The notes below the pieces were generated by a model. That model ran no database searches and was not told the DNA's origin. It saw only the letters and a list, made by a program, of their open reading frames with translations. Source: an uncultured Actinomycetes bacterium (GTDB lineage Bacteria; Actinomycetota; Thermoleophilia; UBA2241). Taken from it: DNA of 64,000 nucleotides. Position numbers and translations under genes: made by a program. Positions 18,719-29,450 of this stretch are shown one piece after another; position 1 is the stretch's first letter, and every line of letters starts with the position of its first letter. The DNA is taken from contig CAVWIH010000014.1 in the NCBI GenBank assembly GCA_963755025.1, positions 378,701-442,700 of the forward strand, read 5' to 3'.

Positions 18719-18776
18719 TTAGTTACCTAACTAACTCCTGGCGCGCACGATACCGGGGACCCGGCGGGCGTGTCAA
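18719..18776 (-). promoter_or_regulatory. mtbB operon promoter with the same palindromic operator
   Basis: TTGACA (18776-18771), 18-nt spacer, TATCGT; TTAGTTA-CC-TAACTAA at 18719-18734. Confidence 0.8.
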
Positions 18777-18864
18777 GGCTGCGGCGAGCGGGGCGGCGGG
18801 CGGGGGTCGGCGACACGTGCGCCGACGCTCGGATCGATCGGAGCGCGAGCCTGCGCGGGCGCCT

Positions 18865-19989
18865 CTACACGCGCGCCAGGCCGGCTCCCTCGACGAGGGA
18901 GCGCAGCTTGGCCCACGCCACGGTCGGGGTGACCTGAGGCCGGCCGACGAACGTACCGAAACCGCAGTCCGTACCCGCCACCACGCGCTCCGCCCCGACC
19001 ACCGAGGCGAACCGCTCGAGGCGCTGGGCGACCAGTTCGGGGTGCTCGACGAAGTTCGAAGTCGAGTCGATCACGCCGGGTATCAGGTACTTGCCCTCGG
19101 GCAGCGGCCGCCCGGCGAACACGGTCCACTCGTGACCGTGACGAGGGTTGCTGGCCTCGATCGACAGGCCGAGCGGCGTTGCGTCGAGCACGACGTCGAT
19201 GATGTCGGCCAGGGGGACGTCGTGCGTGTGGGGGCCTTCGTAGTTGCCCCAGCACAGATGCAGGCGCATGCGTTCGGGGGAGATGCCGCGCGTCGCGTGG
19301 TTGAGCGCCTCGACGTTGAGCGCGATGTCGCGGCGGAACTCCTCGAGACTGAGGCCGGCGAAGACCGTGTGTCTGCCGGCCGCCAGGTCGGGACAATCGA
19401 GCTGCAGCGTCACGCCGGCATCGACGATCGCTTCGTACTCCGGCCTCATCGCCTCGGCGAGCGCGCCGAGGTACTGCTCGCGATCGCCGTAAAAGCGGTC
19501 CTCGAAGAAGAGCGCGATCACGCCGGGCGAGGCGGCCGTCATGAACAGCTGGCCCATGTCTGCGCCGGCCGCGCTCGCCGCGGCGCGCAGGTTCTCGAGG
19601 TCGCGCCCCACGGCCTCGTCGTCGCGCCGCCGCACCGGCCCAGTGCAGGCCGGCGTGCGCACCTGCAACCCGCTCAAGACGAGGCCCATGCGCTCGGCGT
19701 CGTCGGGAAAGTCGGCAAGCTCGGCCAACGGCGAGAGGCCGCCGGGCTCTCCTGCGAAGCCGGTCAGGCGGTCCTTGATGTACGTCGAGTAGCCGACCTT
19801 GCTCTGTTCGCCGTCGTTTACGATGTCGAGCCCGATCTCGGCCTGAAGGCGCACGGCCTCGGCGACCGCGGCCGTCACTCGCTGCTCGAGTCCGGCGGGC
19901 GTCCCACCTTCGTCGCGCTCGACGACCATCGCCGCGAGGTCGGCCGGCCGGGGCAGGCTGCCGGTATGTGTCGTGAGAATGCTTGCCAC
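18865..19989 (-). CDS. Cobalamin-independent methionine synthase II family protein (single catalytic barrel, MetE/XecA-like)
   Basis: TTHTGSLPRP, DGEQSK, LQLDCPDLA, Zn ligands HLCWGN and TDCGF; 374 aa, no N-terminal folate-binding barrel; GGAGG RBS before GTG. Confidence 0.9.
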   Translation of the reverse strand: MASILTTHTGSLPRPADLAAMVVERDEGGTPAGLEQRVTAAVAEAVRLQAEIGLDIVNDGEQSKVGYSTYIKDRLTGFAGEPGGLSPLAELADFPDDAERMGLVLSGLQVRTPACTGPVRRRDDEAVGRDLENLRAAASAAGADMGQLFMTAASPGVIALFFEDRFYGDREQYLGALAEAMRPEYEAIVDAGVTLQLDCPDLAAGRHTVFAGLSLEEFRRDIALNVEALNHATRGISPERMRLHLCWGNYEGPHTHDVPLADIIDVVLDATPLGLSIEASNPRHGHEWTVFAGRPLPEGKYLIPGVIDSTSNFVEHPELVAQRLERFASVVGAERVVAGTDCGFGTFVGRPQVTPTVAWAKLRSLVEGAGLARV

Positions 19990-20008
19990 GGCTACCTCCG
20001 GGGCCGCC

Positions 20009-20764
20009 CTACACCGATGCTCCGCTCTTGACCGCGGCCAGATCGGCTTGCAGAGTGGCCATGTCGAGCCCCGGCGGGTCGCCCTGGCCCCACGAGGGCA
20101 GCAGCACGGCGTAGGCTTCGTCGCAGTACTTGGCGAGGAATGCCCAGCTCGCCTTGATCGTCTGACCCCAGGTCACGATCGTCACGCCTTCGGCGGTCAC
20201 ATAGCCGGCCGTGATGACGCAGTGGCCGTTGTCTTCGTTCACCGGCGCCGTCGTGTCGGTCCAGTCGACGACCTTGGGCAGGGCCCTGACCACGCTGTCG
20301 GGCAGCGTCACCCCGATGTAGGCGAAACCGAAGAGATACACCGCCTGCCGCCAGTGGTCGTGGCTGCTCGGGTCGAAGGCGACGTAGGGGCCGCACCGCT
20401 GGCCGGCGACACCGGTCTCCTGCCAGTACTTGAGCACGTCGAGCATGTTCGCGCCGCGGTCGGTATCGGGCTTCCCGGGTACGTAGCCGGTGATCGCCGA
20501 GTAAGCTGCCAGCACCTGTGGCACGGTGATCGACGAAGGCGACTTCTCGCCGTAGGCGTCGCCGATCTGCTCCGCGTGACCGGCGGCCGCACACGTGCAG
20601 TCGCCCACGGTGTCGTTGCCCAGCATCCCCCAGCTCTCGCCGATCTGCGTGTAGTCGGCGGCCGCCGGGATCGGCGGAAGCTGCGGGGTCAGGTAGTTCG
20701 TCAACCAAAGTCTGCGCTCGAGTCTGGCCGGGTCGCTTGGCAGGCGTCCGAGTGCGTAGCTCAC
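20009..20764 (-). CDS. Papain-like cysteine peptidase domain protein
   Basis: WGMLGNDTVGDCTCAAAGH, GHCVITAGY, VTWG; GTG start after GGAAGG. Confidence 0.6.
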   Translation of the reverse strand: MSYALGRLPSDPARLERRLWLTNYLTPQLPPIPAAADYTQIGESWGMLGNDTVGDCTCAAAGHAEQIGDAYGEKSPSSITVPQVLAAYSAITGYVPGKPDTDRGANMLDVLKYWQETGVAGQRCGPYVAFDPSSHDHWRQAVYLFGFAYIGVTLPDSVVRALPKVVDWTDTTAPVNEDNGHCVITAGYVTAEGVTIVTWGQTIKASWAFLAKYCDEAYAVLLPSWGQGDPPGLDMATLQADLAAVKSGASV

Positions 20765-20850
20765 AGCGTGTTCCTTCCACCCAATGCTGGCATGCGCCGT
20801 CTCTTCGTTTCGCCGCCCGGGCGTTCCTTCAACCCGTTTGCCCCGCACGG

Positions 20851-20959
20851 CGGCGAGGCCGCGCCGCGGAGCGGGCGGGCACGCCGGCACGACGGCGCGG
20901 CCGCGCCGCGGAGCGAGCGGTCGCGCCGGCGCGACGGCGAGGGCGCGCCGCAGAGCGGG
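20851..20959. repeat. Intergenic 42-bp tandem repeat, about 2.6 copies
   Basis: CGGCGAGGCCGCGCCGCGGAGCGGGCGGGCACGCCGGCACGA-like units starting at 20851, 20893, 20935. Confidence 0.75.
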
Positions 20960-21526
20960 TCACGCGCCCGCGGTCACGGCCTTCAACTCGTCGAGCGACT
21001 CTCGGATGAGCTGCGCCAGGTCGTCGTTGTCGGCCCCGCCGACCCAGCGCTCGAAGGCGATCTTGAAGACCGCGATCCCCGCTTCAGCCGCCAGGCTCGC
21101 AGCCGGGTCTTTGACGCCGCGCCGGCGCAGCGCCCCGGCGATCGCCGCGGCAAGCGATGCGAGCTTGATCAATTCGCGCTCCTGAAGCGCGGCGTTCGCG
21201 GCGATCACGGCCTGGCGCCGCCGGGCGTAGTCGCGGCGCTCCTCGAACACGGCGCCGGCGGCTTCGAGGGCGGCGGCGACCGCGTCGAGCGGCGCCGCGG
21301 TATCGGGCGCGCCCGCAACGGCGCTCACGAGGAGCTCCTGGAGGGCGCTTGCGCCCGCGAACAGGACCTCGCGCTTGTCGGTGAAATACCGGAAGAAGGT
21401 GCGCTCGGTGAGCCCCGCCTGCCTGGCGATCTCGACCACCGTGGTCTGCTCGAACCCGCGCTCGATGTAGAGCTCGAGTGCCGCCTGTTCGAGCCGTGCG
21501 CGCGCGTTTGGCTCCCATCGACCCAT
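20960..21526 (-). CDS. TetR family regulator, probably leaderless
   Basis: MGRWEPNARARLEQAALELYIERGFEQTTVVEIARQAGLTERTFFRYFTDKREVLF; TACAAT lies 7 nt upstream of ATG. Confidence 0.92.
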   Translation of the reverse strand: MGRWEPNARARLEQAALELYIERGFEQTTVVEIARQAGLTERTFFRYFTDKREVLFAGASALQELLVSAVAGAPDTAAPLDAVAAALEAAGAVFEERRDYARRRQAVIAANAALQERELIKLASLAAAIAGALRRRGVKDPAASLAAEAGIAVFKIAFERWVGGADNDDLAQLIRESLDELKAVTAGA

Positions 21527-21542
21527 GGCCGCGATTGTACCC

Positions 21543-21589
21543 GATGACAGTGACCGACATCGGGTATAGTGATGACGGTTACTGACATC
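21543..21589. promoter_or_regulatory. Paired TetR-type operators between divergent tetR and SDR genes
   Basis: GATGACAGTGACCGACATC (21543-21561) and GATGACGGTTACTGACATC (21571-21589) flank TATAGT. Confidence 0.7.
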
Positions 21590-21646
21590 AGTCTGTCGTC
21601 GGCCCCGCTCTCCGAGGCTCGGACAGGCGATCACCTGGAGGCACTC

Positions 21647-22580
21647 ATGCGTGTATTCGTCACCGGCGCGTCCGGCTGGATCGGCTCCGCCGTCGTTCCC
21701 GAGCTCATCGGAGCCGGCCATCGAGGTCGTCGGCCTGGCTCGCTCAGATGCCTCTGCCGTGGCCCTTGCCGCCACCGGGGCAGAGGTGCAGCGCGGCACG
21801 CTCGACGATCTCGATGTCCTGCGCGCCGCGGCCGCCGCGTCAGACGGCGTCATCCACCTCGCCTTCAAGCACGACATCGCCTTCTCGGGCGACTTTCAGG
21901 GCGCCGCCGACGCCGATCGCCGCGCCGTCGAGACCATCGGCGAGGCGCTCGCCGGCTCCGACCGGCCGTTCGTCATCGCTTCGGGAGTGCTCGGCCTCGC
22001 ACCGGGACGGGTGGCGACCGAGCGGGACGGCCACGGCCTCGACCCGGCTGCGGTCGCTCAGGGCGGTCCCCAGACCCGGCACGTCACCTCCGAGTTCGTG
22101 CTCTCTCTCGCCTCGCACGGCGTGCGCTCGTCGGTCGTGCGGCTTGCTCCAACGAATCACGGCGACGGCGACCACGGCTTTCTCGCGGCCATCGTGGGCA
22201 TAGCTGGCGACAAGGGCGTCTCAGGCTACATCGGCGACGGGTCCAGCCGCTGGCCCGCCGTGCACCGGCTCGACTCCGCGCACCTCTTCTGCCTGGCGCT
22301 CGAGCAGGCGCCGGCGGGATCGACCCTGCATGCGGTGGCCGACGAGGGCGTGCCGATCCGCGACATCGCCGAGGTGATCGGGCGGCGCCTGCAGCAGCCG
22401 GTGGTCTCGATCGCACCCGGCGACGCGGCCGCACACTTCACCTGGCTGGCCGACCTCCTGGTGCTCGACAGCCCCGTCTCGAGCGCGCTGACCCGCGACC
22501 TGCTGGGCTGGGAGCCGGCGCAACCGGGACTCATCGCCGACCTCGACCAGGGCCACTACTTCGACAAGCCGACCGCCTGA
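21647..22580 (+). CDS. Extended SDR / NAD-dependent epimerase-dehydratase, frameshifted near 21720
   Basis: MRVFVTGASGWIGSAVVPELIGAGH continues as EVVGLARSDASA...VIHLAFKHD...RWPAVHRLDSA. Confidence 0.88.
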
Positions 22581-22746
22581 GCGGCGCGAGTCGCGTCGCA
22601 GAAGGCGCTCGCGGCGGCGGGCCCCAGGAGCGCCGGCGTACTTTGCCCCGCCACGAGGCCTGCCGATACACTCCGTGAGATCGGGGCGAAAGCGCCCATT
22701 CCGTAGCGACTAAAGGGTCCGGGGCCGGCCTCGAGGAGCTGAGACG

Positions 22747-23031
22747 TTGATCTCACTGGTCGTCAACGTAGCTCTCGCTGTGCTGCTTGTGGCCGCGTGC
22801 CTGGCCGTCGGCATGAAACTGCGCGGCGTGCCCGTCAGATACGTCGATATCATCGTCATCGCCGCGCTGTGCACCGGCCTCGCCCTGCTGCCGAGCGTCG
22901 GTTGGGCCCTCGGCACACTGATCATGTTCCTCCTCGTCACCCGAGCGGAAGACGTCGACCCATGGCCCGACATGGTCGTGCTTGCGGTCGCGGCGAACGT
23001 GGTGTGGATGTTCGTGCTCGGCACCCTCTGA
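22747..23031 (+). CDS. Small hydrophobic membrane protein
   Basis: 94 aa, 3-4 hydrophobic segments; GAGGAG RBS before TTG. Confidence 0.6.
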   Translation: MISLVVNVALAVLLVAACLAVGMKLRGVPVRYVDIIVIAALCTGLALLPSVGWALGTLIMFLLVTRAEDVDPWPDMVVLAVAANVVWMFVLGTL

Positions 23032-23094
23032 CCGACATCGTGCCGGAGCGTCCCGGGTTCTGACCCCGGAGCCCTTGCGGCGCCAGACGGCAGG

Positions 23095-23541
23095 TCACTG
23101 TTTGGGACCCTCCTTGCCGTTGTTCTCCGGGTCGTCGTCGTGCGCGGCCCGCAGATCGTCGGCCTGCACGGCCCGCGAGTCGTCGAGCGATGAGAGCACC
23201 GCGTCGTCGGCAGCCGTCGCCAGAGCGGTCAGGAGTTCATCGGTGGTCTGGGTGGCATCGTCGCCAAAGCCATGGCGCGTGATGATGTAGTGCTCCTCCT
23301 CAAGAAAGTCGCCCACCGCCTCGTCGCCCGCCTCGTAGAGACGCACCAGCCGCCGCAACCGGGGATCGTGGTCGGGAAGGGCCGCGACATCGCGAGCCGC
23401 CGCGCGCAACGCGTCGGCCGAGCGGTCGTTGCGCCCGTCTTTCGGGTACTCCGCCGCCTTCGAGGCGCGCCACTCCGCGGCGTCTTCGAGGCTGTGGACG
23501 AGTTGTTCACGGTAGTCGCGAACGTTGTTGATCTCTGTCAT
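23095..23541 (-). CDS. Hypothetical protein
   Basis: GGAGGAG RBS then MTEINNVRDYREQLVHSLEDAAEWRASKAAEYPKDGRN. Confidence 0.65.
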   Translation of the reverse strand: MTEINNVRDYREQLVHSLEDAAEWRASKAAEYPKDGRNDRSADALRAAARDVAALPDHDPRLRRLVRLYEAGDEAVGDFLEEEHYIITRHGFGDDATQTTDELLTALATAADDAVLSSLDDSRAVQADDLRAAHDDDPENNGKEGPKQ

Positions 23542-23869
23542 CGCGCTCCTCCCCTGACCGCGCCCCGGCTCGTCCTGTGGCGCCCGAATCGCCCCAACCT
23601 CGCCCGATCGCGCAGTCGCACACCCTGGCAAGCGCCGGCGTGAGTATTCCCCCGGGCGTGGTAGCTCGCGCCGTAGCACGTCACAAGTTGCTGAAAGGCC
23701 AACGCCTTGAGTGCGGCGAGGTCGGGGTAGCTAAGGCCACCGGGCCACCGCCTGCCGAGGCCGCCCGACGGCGGGCGCCCTCGGCAGGCCTCGCGCGCCG
23801 GCCGGACGCCTCGAACAGGGCGACGACGGCCGCCGATGCGCCCGCCAGAACGACGAGGAGCCACTCACG

Positions 23870-26311
23870 ATGGAGCCTATGGGCGATGCAGGACCTGTGG
23901 CCAAGCGCGCAGCCGCGCAAGCGCCGCTCTCGAGCGAGGAGTTGCGCCTGATCGACGGCTACTGGCGCGCGGCCAACTACCTCTCGGTCGGCCAGATCTA
24001 CCTGCTCGACAACCCGCTCCTGCGCGAGCCGCTGCGCCCGGAGCACGTGAAGCCGCATCCTCTCGGTCACTGGGGCACGACTCCCGGGCTCAATCTCGTC
24101 TACGTGCACCTCAACCGGGTGATCCGCAGCTTCGGCCTCGACGCCATGTACGTCTGCGGACCCGGCCACGGCGCCGCCGGCATCGTCGCCAACGTCTACC
24201 TCGAAGGGACCTACAGCGAGGTCTACCCGACGGTCAGCGCCGACGCCGACGGCATGCGCAAGCTCTTCCGCCAGTTCGGCTTTCCGGGCGGCATCCCGAG
24301 CCACGTCGCGCCGGAGACGCCGGGCTCGATCCACGAAGGCGGCGAGCTCGGGTACAGCCTCGCCCACGCCTACGGGGCGGCTTTCGACAATCCCGATCTG
24401 CTGGTCTGCTGCGTCATCGGTGATGGCGAGGCCGAGACGGGCACCCTGGCGGCGAGCTGGCATTCGAACAAGTTCCTCGACCCGGTGCGCGACGGAGCCG
24501 TGCTGCCGGTCCTCCACCTGAACGGCTACAAGATCGCCGGCCCCGCCGTGCTGGCGCGTATCTCGAACGAAGACCTGCGGGACCTGCTGCGCGGCTACGG
24601 GCACGAGCCGTACATCGTGCAAGGCGACGAACCGGCCGCCGTGCACCAGGAGATGGCCGCCGCCCTCGACCGCGCCGTGGAACAGATCCGCGACATCCAG
24701 CGCCGGGCGCGCGAGCGCGACGACCACACGCGTCCCCGCTGGCCGGTGATCGTGCTGCGCACGCCCAAGGGCTGGACAGGGCCCAAGGAGGTGGACGGCC
24801 GGCCGGTCGAAGGCGCCGTGCGAGCCCACCAGGTGCCCATTCCCGACGTACGCGGCGACCATGGTCACCTCGCTCAGCTCGAGGCGTGGCTGCGCGGCTA
24901 TCGGCCCGAGGAGCTCTTCGACGACGACGGCGCCCTCGTCGCCGAGCTCGCCGCGCTACACCCGACCGGCGACCGGCGCATGAGCGCCAACCCCCACGCG
25001 AACGGCGGCGGCTTGCTCAGCGATCTCGTGCTCCCCGATTTCAGGGAGTACGAAGTCGCGCCCGCGGTGCGCGGTCAGACGCGCGCCGAAGCGACAAAGG
25101 TGCTCGGTTCGTACGTGCGAGACCTGCTGGCGGCAAACGGCGCGACCTTCCGCCTGTTCGGTCCCGACGAGACCGCATCGAACCGCCTCTCGGCCGTCTT
25201 TGAGGTCACGAGCCGTACATTCGCGGGTGAGATCCTGCGTGGCGACGACGACCTGGCGCCCGACGGGCGCGTCATGGAGGTGCTCTCGGAGCATCTCTGC
25301 CAGGGGTGGCTCGAAGGCTACCTGCTGACCGGACGTCACGGCCTGCTCGACTGCTACGAGGCCTTCGCCCACATCATCGACGCCATGCTCAACCAGCACA
25401 TCAAGTGGCTGAGAGTGACCCACGCCATCCCCTGGCGACAGCCGATCGCCTCGCTCAACTACCTGCTCTCATCACACGCCTGGGAGCAGGGCCACAACGG
25501 CTTCTCGCACCAGGACCCCGGCTTCATCGATCACGTGATCAGCAAGAAGCTGCGCGACTTCGAAGCCCACGACGACGCTCGGCCCGTCAAAGCCGAGGTC
25601 ATCCGCGTGTTCCTGCCCCCAGACGCGAACACCCTGCTCGTCGTGGTCGACGAGTGCCTGCGCAGCCGCAGCCAGGTGAACGTGGTCGTCGCCGGCAAGA
25701 CGCCGCGCCTGCAATGGCTGTCGATGGACGAGTCCATCCGCCACTGCGCCCGGGGCGCCGGCATCTGGGACTGGGCGAGCACCGACCGGGGCAGCGAGCC
25801 CGACGTGGTGCTCGCCTGCTGCGGCGACGTCCCGACGCTCGAGACGGTCGCCGCCGCCGCCATCTTGCGCGAGCACCTGCCGGACCTCAAGGTGCGTGTG
25901 GTCAACGTCGTCGACCTCATGCGCCTGCAGCCGCAGACCGACCACCCCCACGGCATGTCCGACCACGAGTTCGACGCGCTGTTCACCGAAGACCGGCCCG
26001 TGGTGTTCGCCTACCACGGCTACGCCGGGCTCGTCCATCGCCTTACCTATCGCCGCACCAACCACGGCAACCTGCGGGTGCGCGGCTACAAAGAAGAGGG
26101 CACGACGACGACCCCCTTCGACATGGTCATGCTCAACGACCTGGATCGCTACCACCTGGTCATCGACGTGCTCGACCACGTGCCGGGGCTGGTGTCGCGC
26201 AGCGGCCACCTGCGCCAGGACATGATCGACCAGCGCCTCGCGGCGCGCGCCTACACGCGCGAGCACGGCGAAGACCCGCCCACGGTGCGCGAGTGGACCT
26301 GGCCGTTCTGA
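23870..26311 (+). CDS. xfp: Xylulose-5-phosphate/fructose-6-phosphate phosphoketolase
   Basis: [62 protein letters not shown]. Confidence 0.96.
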   Translation: MEPMGDAGPVAKRAAAQAPLSSEELRLIDGYWRAANYLSVGQIYLLDNPLLREPLRPEHVKPHPLGHWGTTPGLNLVYVHLNRVIRSFGLDAMYVCGPGHGAAGIVANVYLEGTYSEVYPTVSADADGMRKLFRQFGFPGGIPSHVAPETPGSIHEGGELGYSLAHAYGAAFDNPDLLVCCVIGDGEAETGTLAASWHSNKFLDPVRDGAVLPVLHLNGYKIAGPAVLARISNEDLRDLLRGYGHEPYIVQGDEPAAVHQEMAAALDRAVEQIRDIQRRARERDDHTRPRWPVIVLRTPKGWTGPKEVDGRPVEGAVRAHQVPIPDVRGDHGHLAQLEAWLRGYRPEELFDDDGALVAELAALHPTGDRRMSANPHANGGGLLSDLVLPDFREYEVAPAVRGQTRAEATKVLGSYVRDLLAANGATFRLFGPDETASNRLSAVFEVTSRTFAGEILRGDDDLAPDGRVMEVLSEHLCQGWLEGYLLTGRHGLLDCYEAFAHIIDAMLNQHIKWLRVTHAIPWRQPIASLNYLLSSHAWEQGHNGFSHQDPGFIDHVISKKLRDFEAHDDARPVKAEVIRVFLPPDANTLLVVVDECLRSRSQVNVVVAGKTPRLQWLSMDESIRHCARGAGIWDWASTDRGSEPDVVLACCGDVPTLETVAAAAILREHLPDLKVRVVNVVDLMRLQPQTDHPHGMSDHEFDALFTEDRPVVFAYHGYAGLVHRLTYRRTNHGNLRVRGYKEEGTTTTPFDMVMLNDLDRYHLVIDVLDHVPGLVSRSGHLRQDMIDQRLAARAYTREHGEDPPTVREWTWPF

Positions 26312-26321
26312 GGCCGCGAGC

Positions 26322-27509
<1,188 letters not shown>

Positions 27510-27557
27510 GTCAGCCTCCTAGACTTCGCGGCCGCGTGCCGGCCGATGAGAACACCA

Positions 27558-28412
27558 TCATTTGCCCATGCCGAGGGTCAGGCCGCGGACCAGGTACCTC
27601 TGGAAGATGAGGTACACGACGATCGCCGGCAGGGCGCTCAGGAACGAGCCGCCGAGCAGGGCCGGGATGCTCGTCGTGCGGCCGGCGGCCAGGGCCGCCA
27701 GACCGACGGTGATCGTGCGCTGCTGCGGATTCTGCAGAAAGAGGAGGCCGACCAGCAGGTCGTCCCAGATCTGGATGAACTGCAGGACCGCCACCGTCGC
27801 CATGGCCGGGATCGACAGGGGGATGGCGATCCGCAGGAACGTGCGGAAATAGCCCAGACCGTCGATGACGGCCGCCTCGATGAGCTCGTCGGAGATGCCC
27901 CGGTAATGCGTCGCCATGAGGAAGGTGGCGAACGGCGTGCCCAGCGCCGCGTATACCAGGATCGCTCCGGCGTAGCTATTGACGAGACCGAACCTGCCGA
28001 GGTTCACGTATTCCGGGATGATGATCGACTGCAGCGGCACCATCATCGCCGCGACGACCGCGAGAAACACCATCTCACTGCCGCGGTAGCGCAGTTTCGC
28101 AAAGGCAAAGCCGGCGGTCGTGCTGACGAAGAGGATGATGAGGATGGCGACGAAGCAGATCAGCGTGGAGTTCAGCAGCTCGCGCGCCACGGGCAGGTCG
28201 TTGAAGAGCCTGGCCCAGCTGCTCGCCGAGTGCCCGCTCTGCTGGTCGAACTGGGCAGCGGTGCGGAACGCGTTGTTGAGCATGTAGTAGAAGGGGTAGA
28301 GCATGACGACGGCAACGCCGATCATGACGGCGAACAACGCGATCCGCGTCGCTCTGCGGCGCGCGCGTGCGCCCGTCGCCACGGGCCGGCGGACCGTCGT
28401 TTCGACGCTCAC
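27558..28412 (-). CDS. Carbohydrate ABC transporter permease (MalG-like)
   Basis: ELIEAAVIDG EAA motif; GTG start overlapping upstream TGA. Confidence 0.9.
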   Translation of the reverse strand: MSVETTVRRPVATGARARRRATRIALFAVMIGVAVVMLYPFYYMLNNAFRTAAQFDQQSGHSASSWARLFNDLPVARELLNSTLICFVAILIILFVSTTAGFAFAKLRYRGSEMVFLAVVAAMMVPLQSIIIPEYVNLGRFGLVNSYAGAILVYAALGTPFATFLMATHYRGISDELIEAAVIDGLGYFRTFLRIAIPLSIPAMATVAVLQFIQIWDDLLVGLLFLQNPQQRTITVGLAALAAGRTTSIPALLGGSFLSALPAIVVYLIFQRYLVRGLTLGMGK

Positions 28413-29350
28413 GAGCCGCCCCCGTCGTCGGGCCGGATCACCTTCAGCTGCACGAGCCCGACGGTGAGCATGATCACGAACAGGATGATGCCGTACAGCG
28501 CGGCGGTCCCGAACTCGCCGAGCGAGAACGCCGACTGGTAGACGAAGAACTCCAGGGTCGTCGTGCCGTAGCCGGGGCCGCCGTTGGTCATGACGAAGAT
28601 GAGGCTGAAGAGCGCCGAGAAGCAGCTGATCACCGTGATCACGAACGAGAACTGCACGAAACGCCGCAGGAGCGGCAGCGTCACGTGAACGAAGATCTGG
28701 CGGCTGTTCAGGCCGTCGACGCGCGCCGCCTCGAGCAGCGACGGATCGAGGGTCGCCATGCCGGTCAGGAAGATGATCGTGTTGGTGCCGATCATCGACC
28801 AGACGAACGTCAGGGCGAGGGCAAGCAGGGCGGTGTTCTGACTCGCCAACATGTCGGTCCGGTGGGCGCCCAGGCCGATGATGCCGAGCAGCCGGTTCAG
28901 GAGCCCGTTGTAGGCGAAGAACTGCACGGCGACGACGCCGATCACGACCCACGAGATCGCCGTCGGCAAGAAGTAGATGGAGCGGAAGATCTTCCAGCCG
29001 CGGACGTGCTCGTTCAGGAGCGTCGCGATGATGAGCGGTATGCCTATGGCGAACGGCACCGAGAGCAGCAGGAGCGCGTTGTTCTCGATCACTCGCCAGA
29101 AGGTCGGGTCGCGCAGGGCGTCGAGGTAGGCGCGCGGGCCGATCCAGGTCGACGTGATGCCGTTCCAGTCGGTCATCGAGTAGTAGATGGCCTGCCCGAT
29201 GGGGATCACGAGCAGGACCCCGACCACGACGACGGCCGGGACCGACATGAGCATGCCCGCCCTGTGCTTGCGGCGGACCAGGGGGTTGGTGCTGCGGCGC
29301 CGGCGTGAAGGAGCGCTCGCCTTTGTCGTGCGTGCTACTTCGATCGACAC
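28409..29350 (-). CDS. Carbohydrate ABC transporter permease (MalF-like)
   Basis: FRSIYFLP, LLEAARVDG, MTNGGPGYGTTTL. Confidence 0.92.
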   Translation of the reverse strand: MSIEVARTTKASAPSRRRRSTNPLVRRKHRAGMLMSVPAVVVVGVLLVIPIGQAIYYSMTDWNGITSTWIGPRAYLDALRDPTFWRVIENNALLLLSVPFAIGIPLIIATLLNEHVRGWKIFRSIYFLPTAISWVVIGVVAVQFFAYNGLLNRLLGIIGLGAHRTDMLASQNTALLALALTFVWSMIGTNTIIFLTGMATLDPSLLEAARVDGLNSRQIFVHVTLPLLRRFVQFSFVITVISCFSALFSLIFVMTNGGPGYGTTTLEFFVYQSAFSLGEFGTAALYGIILFVIMLTVGLVQLKVIRPDDGGGS

Positions 29351-29380
29351 CTCCGCTACCGCCTGCTCGGCCTAAGGGTC

Positions 29381-29422
29381 GGCTCGTCGCGGCGGCCCCA
29401 CCTGCGGCCGCCGCGACGAGCC
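29381..29422 (-). terminator. Intercistronic hairpin after solute-binding protein gene
   Basis: 17-bp perfect inverted repeat GGCTCGTCGCGGCGGCC/GGCCGCCGCGACGAGCC; typical mRNA stabiliser in ABC operons. Confidence 0.65.
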
Positions 29423-29450
29423 TTTAGCGCGCTAGACAACTAGCTACCTG

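Noticed and set aside
18865-18867. Terminal TAGs of other genes as further pyrrolysine sites
   Set aside because: They lie at the expected C-termini of complete domains and I saw no recognisable protein sequence continuing past them
20851-20959. Repeats as a CRISPR array
   Set aside because: Head-to-tail degenerate units without unique spacers and no cas genes
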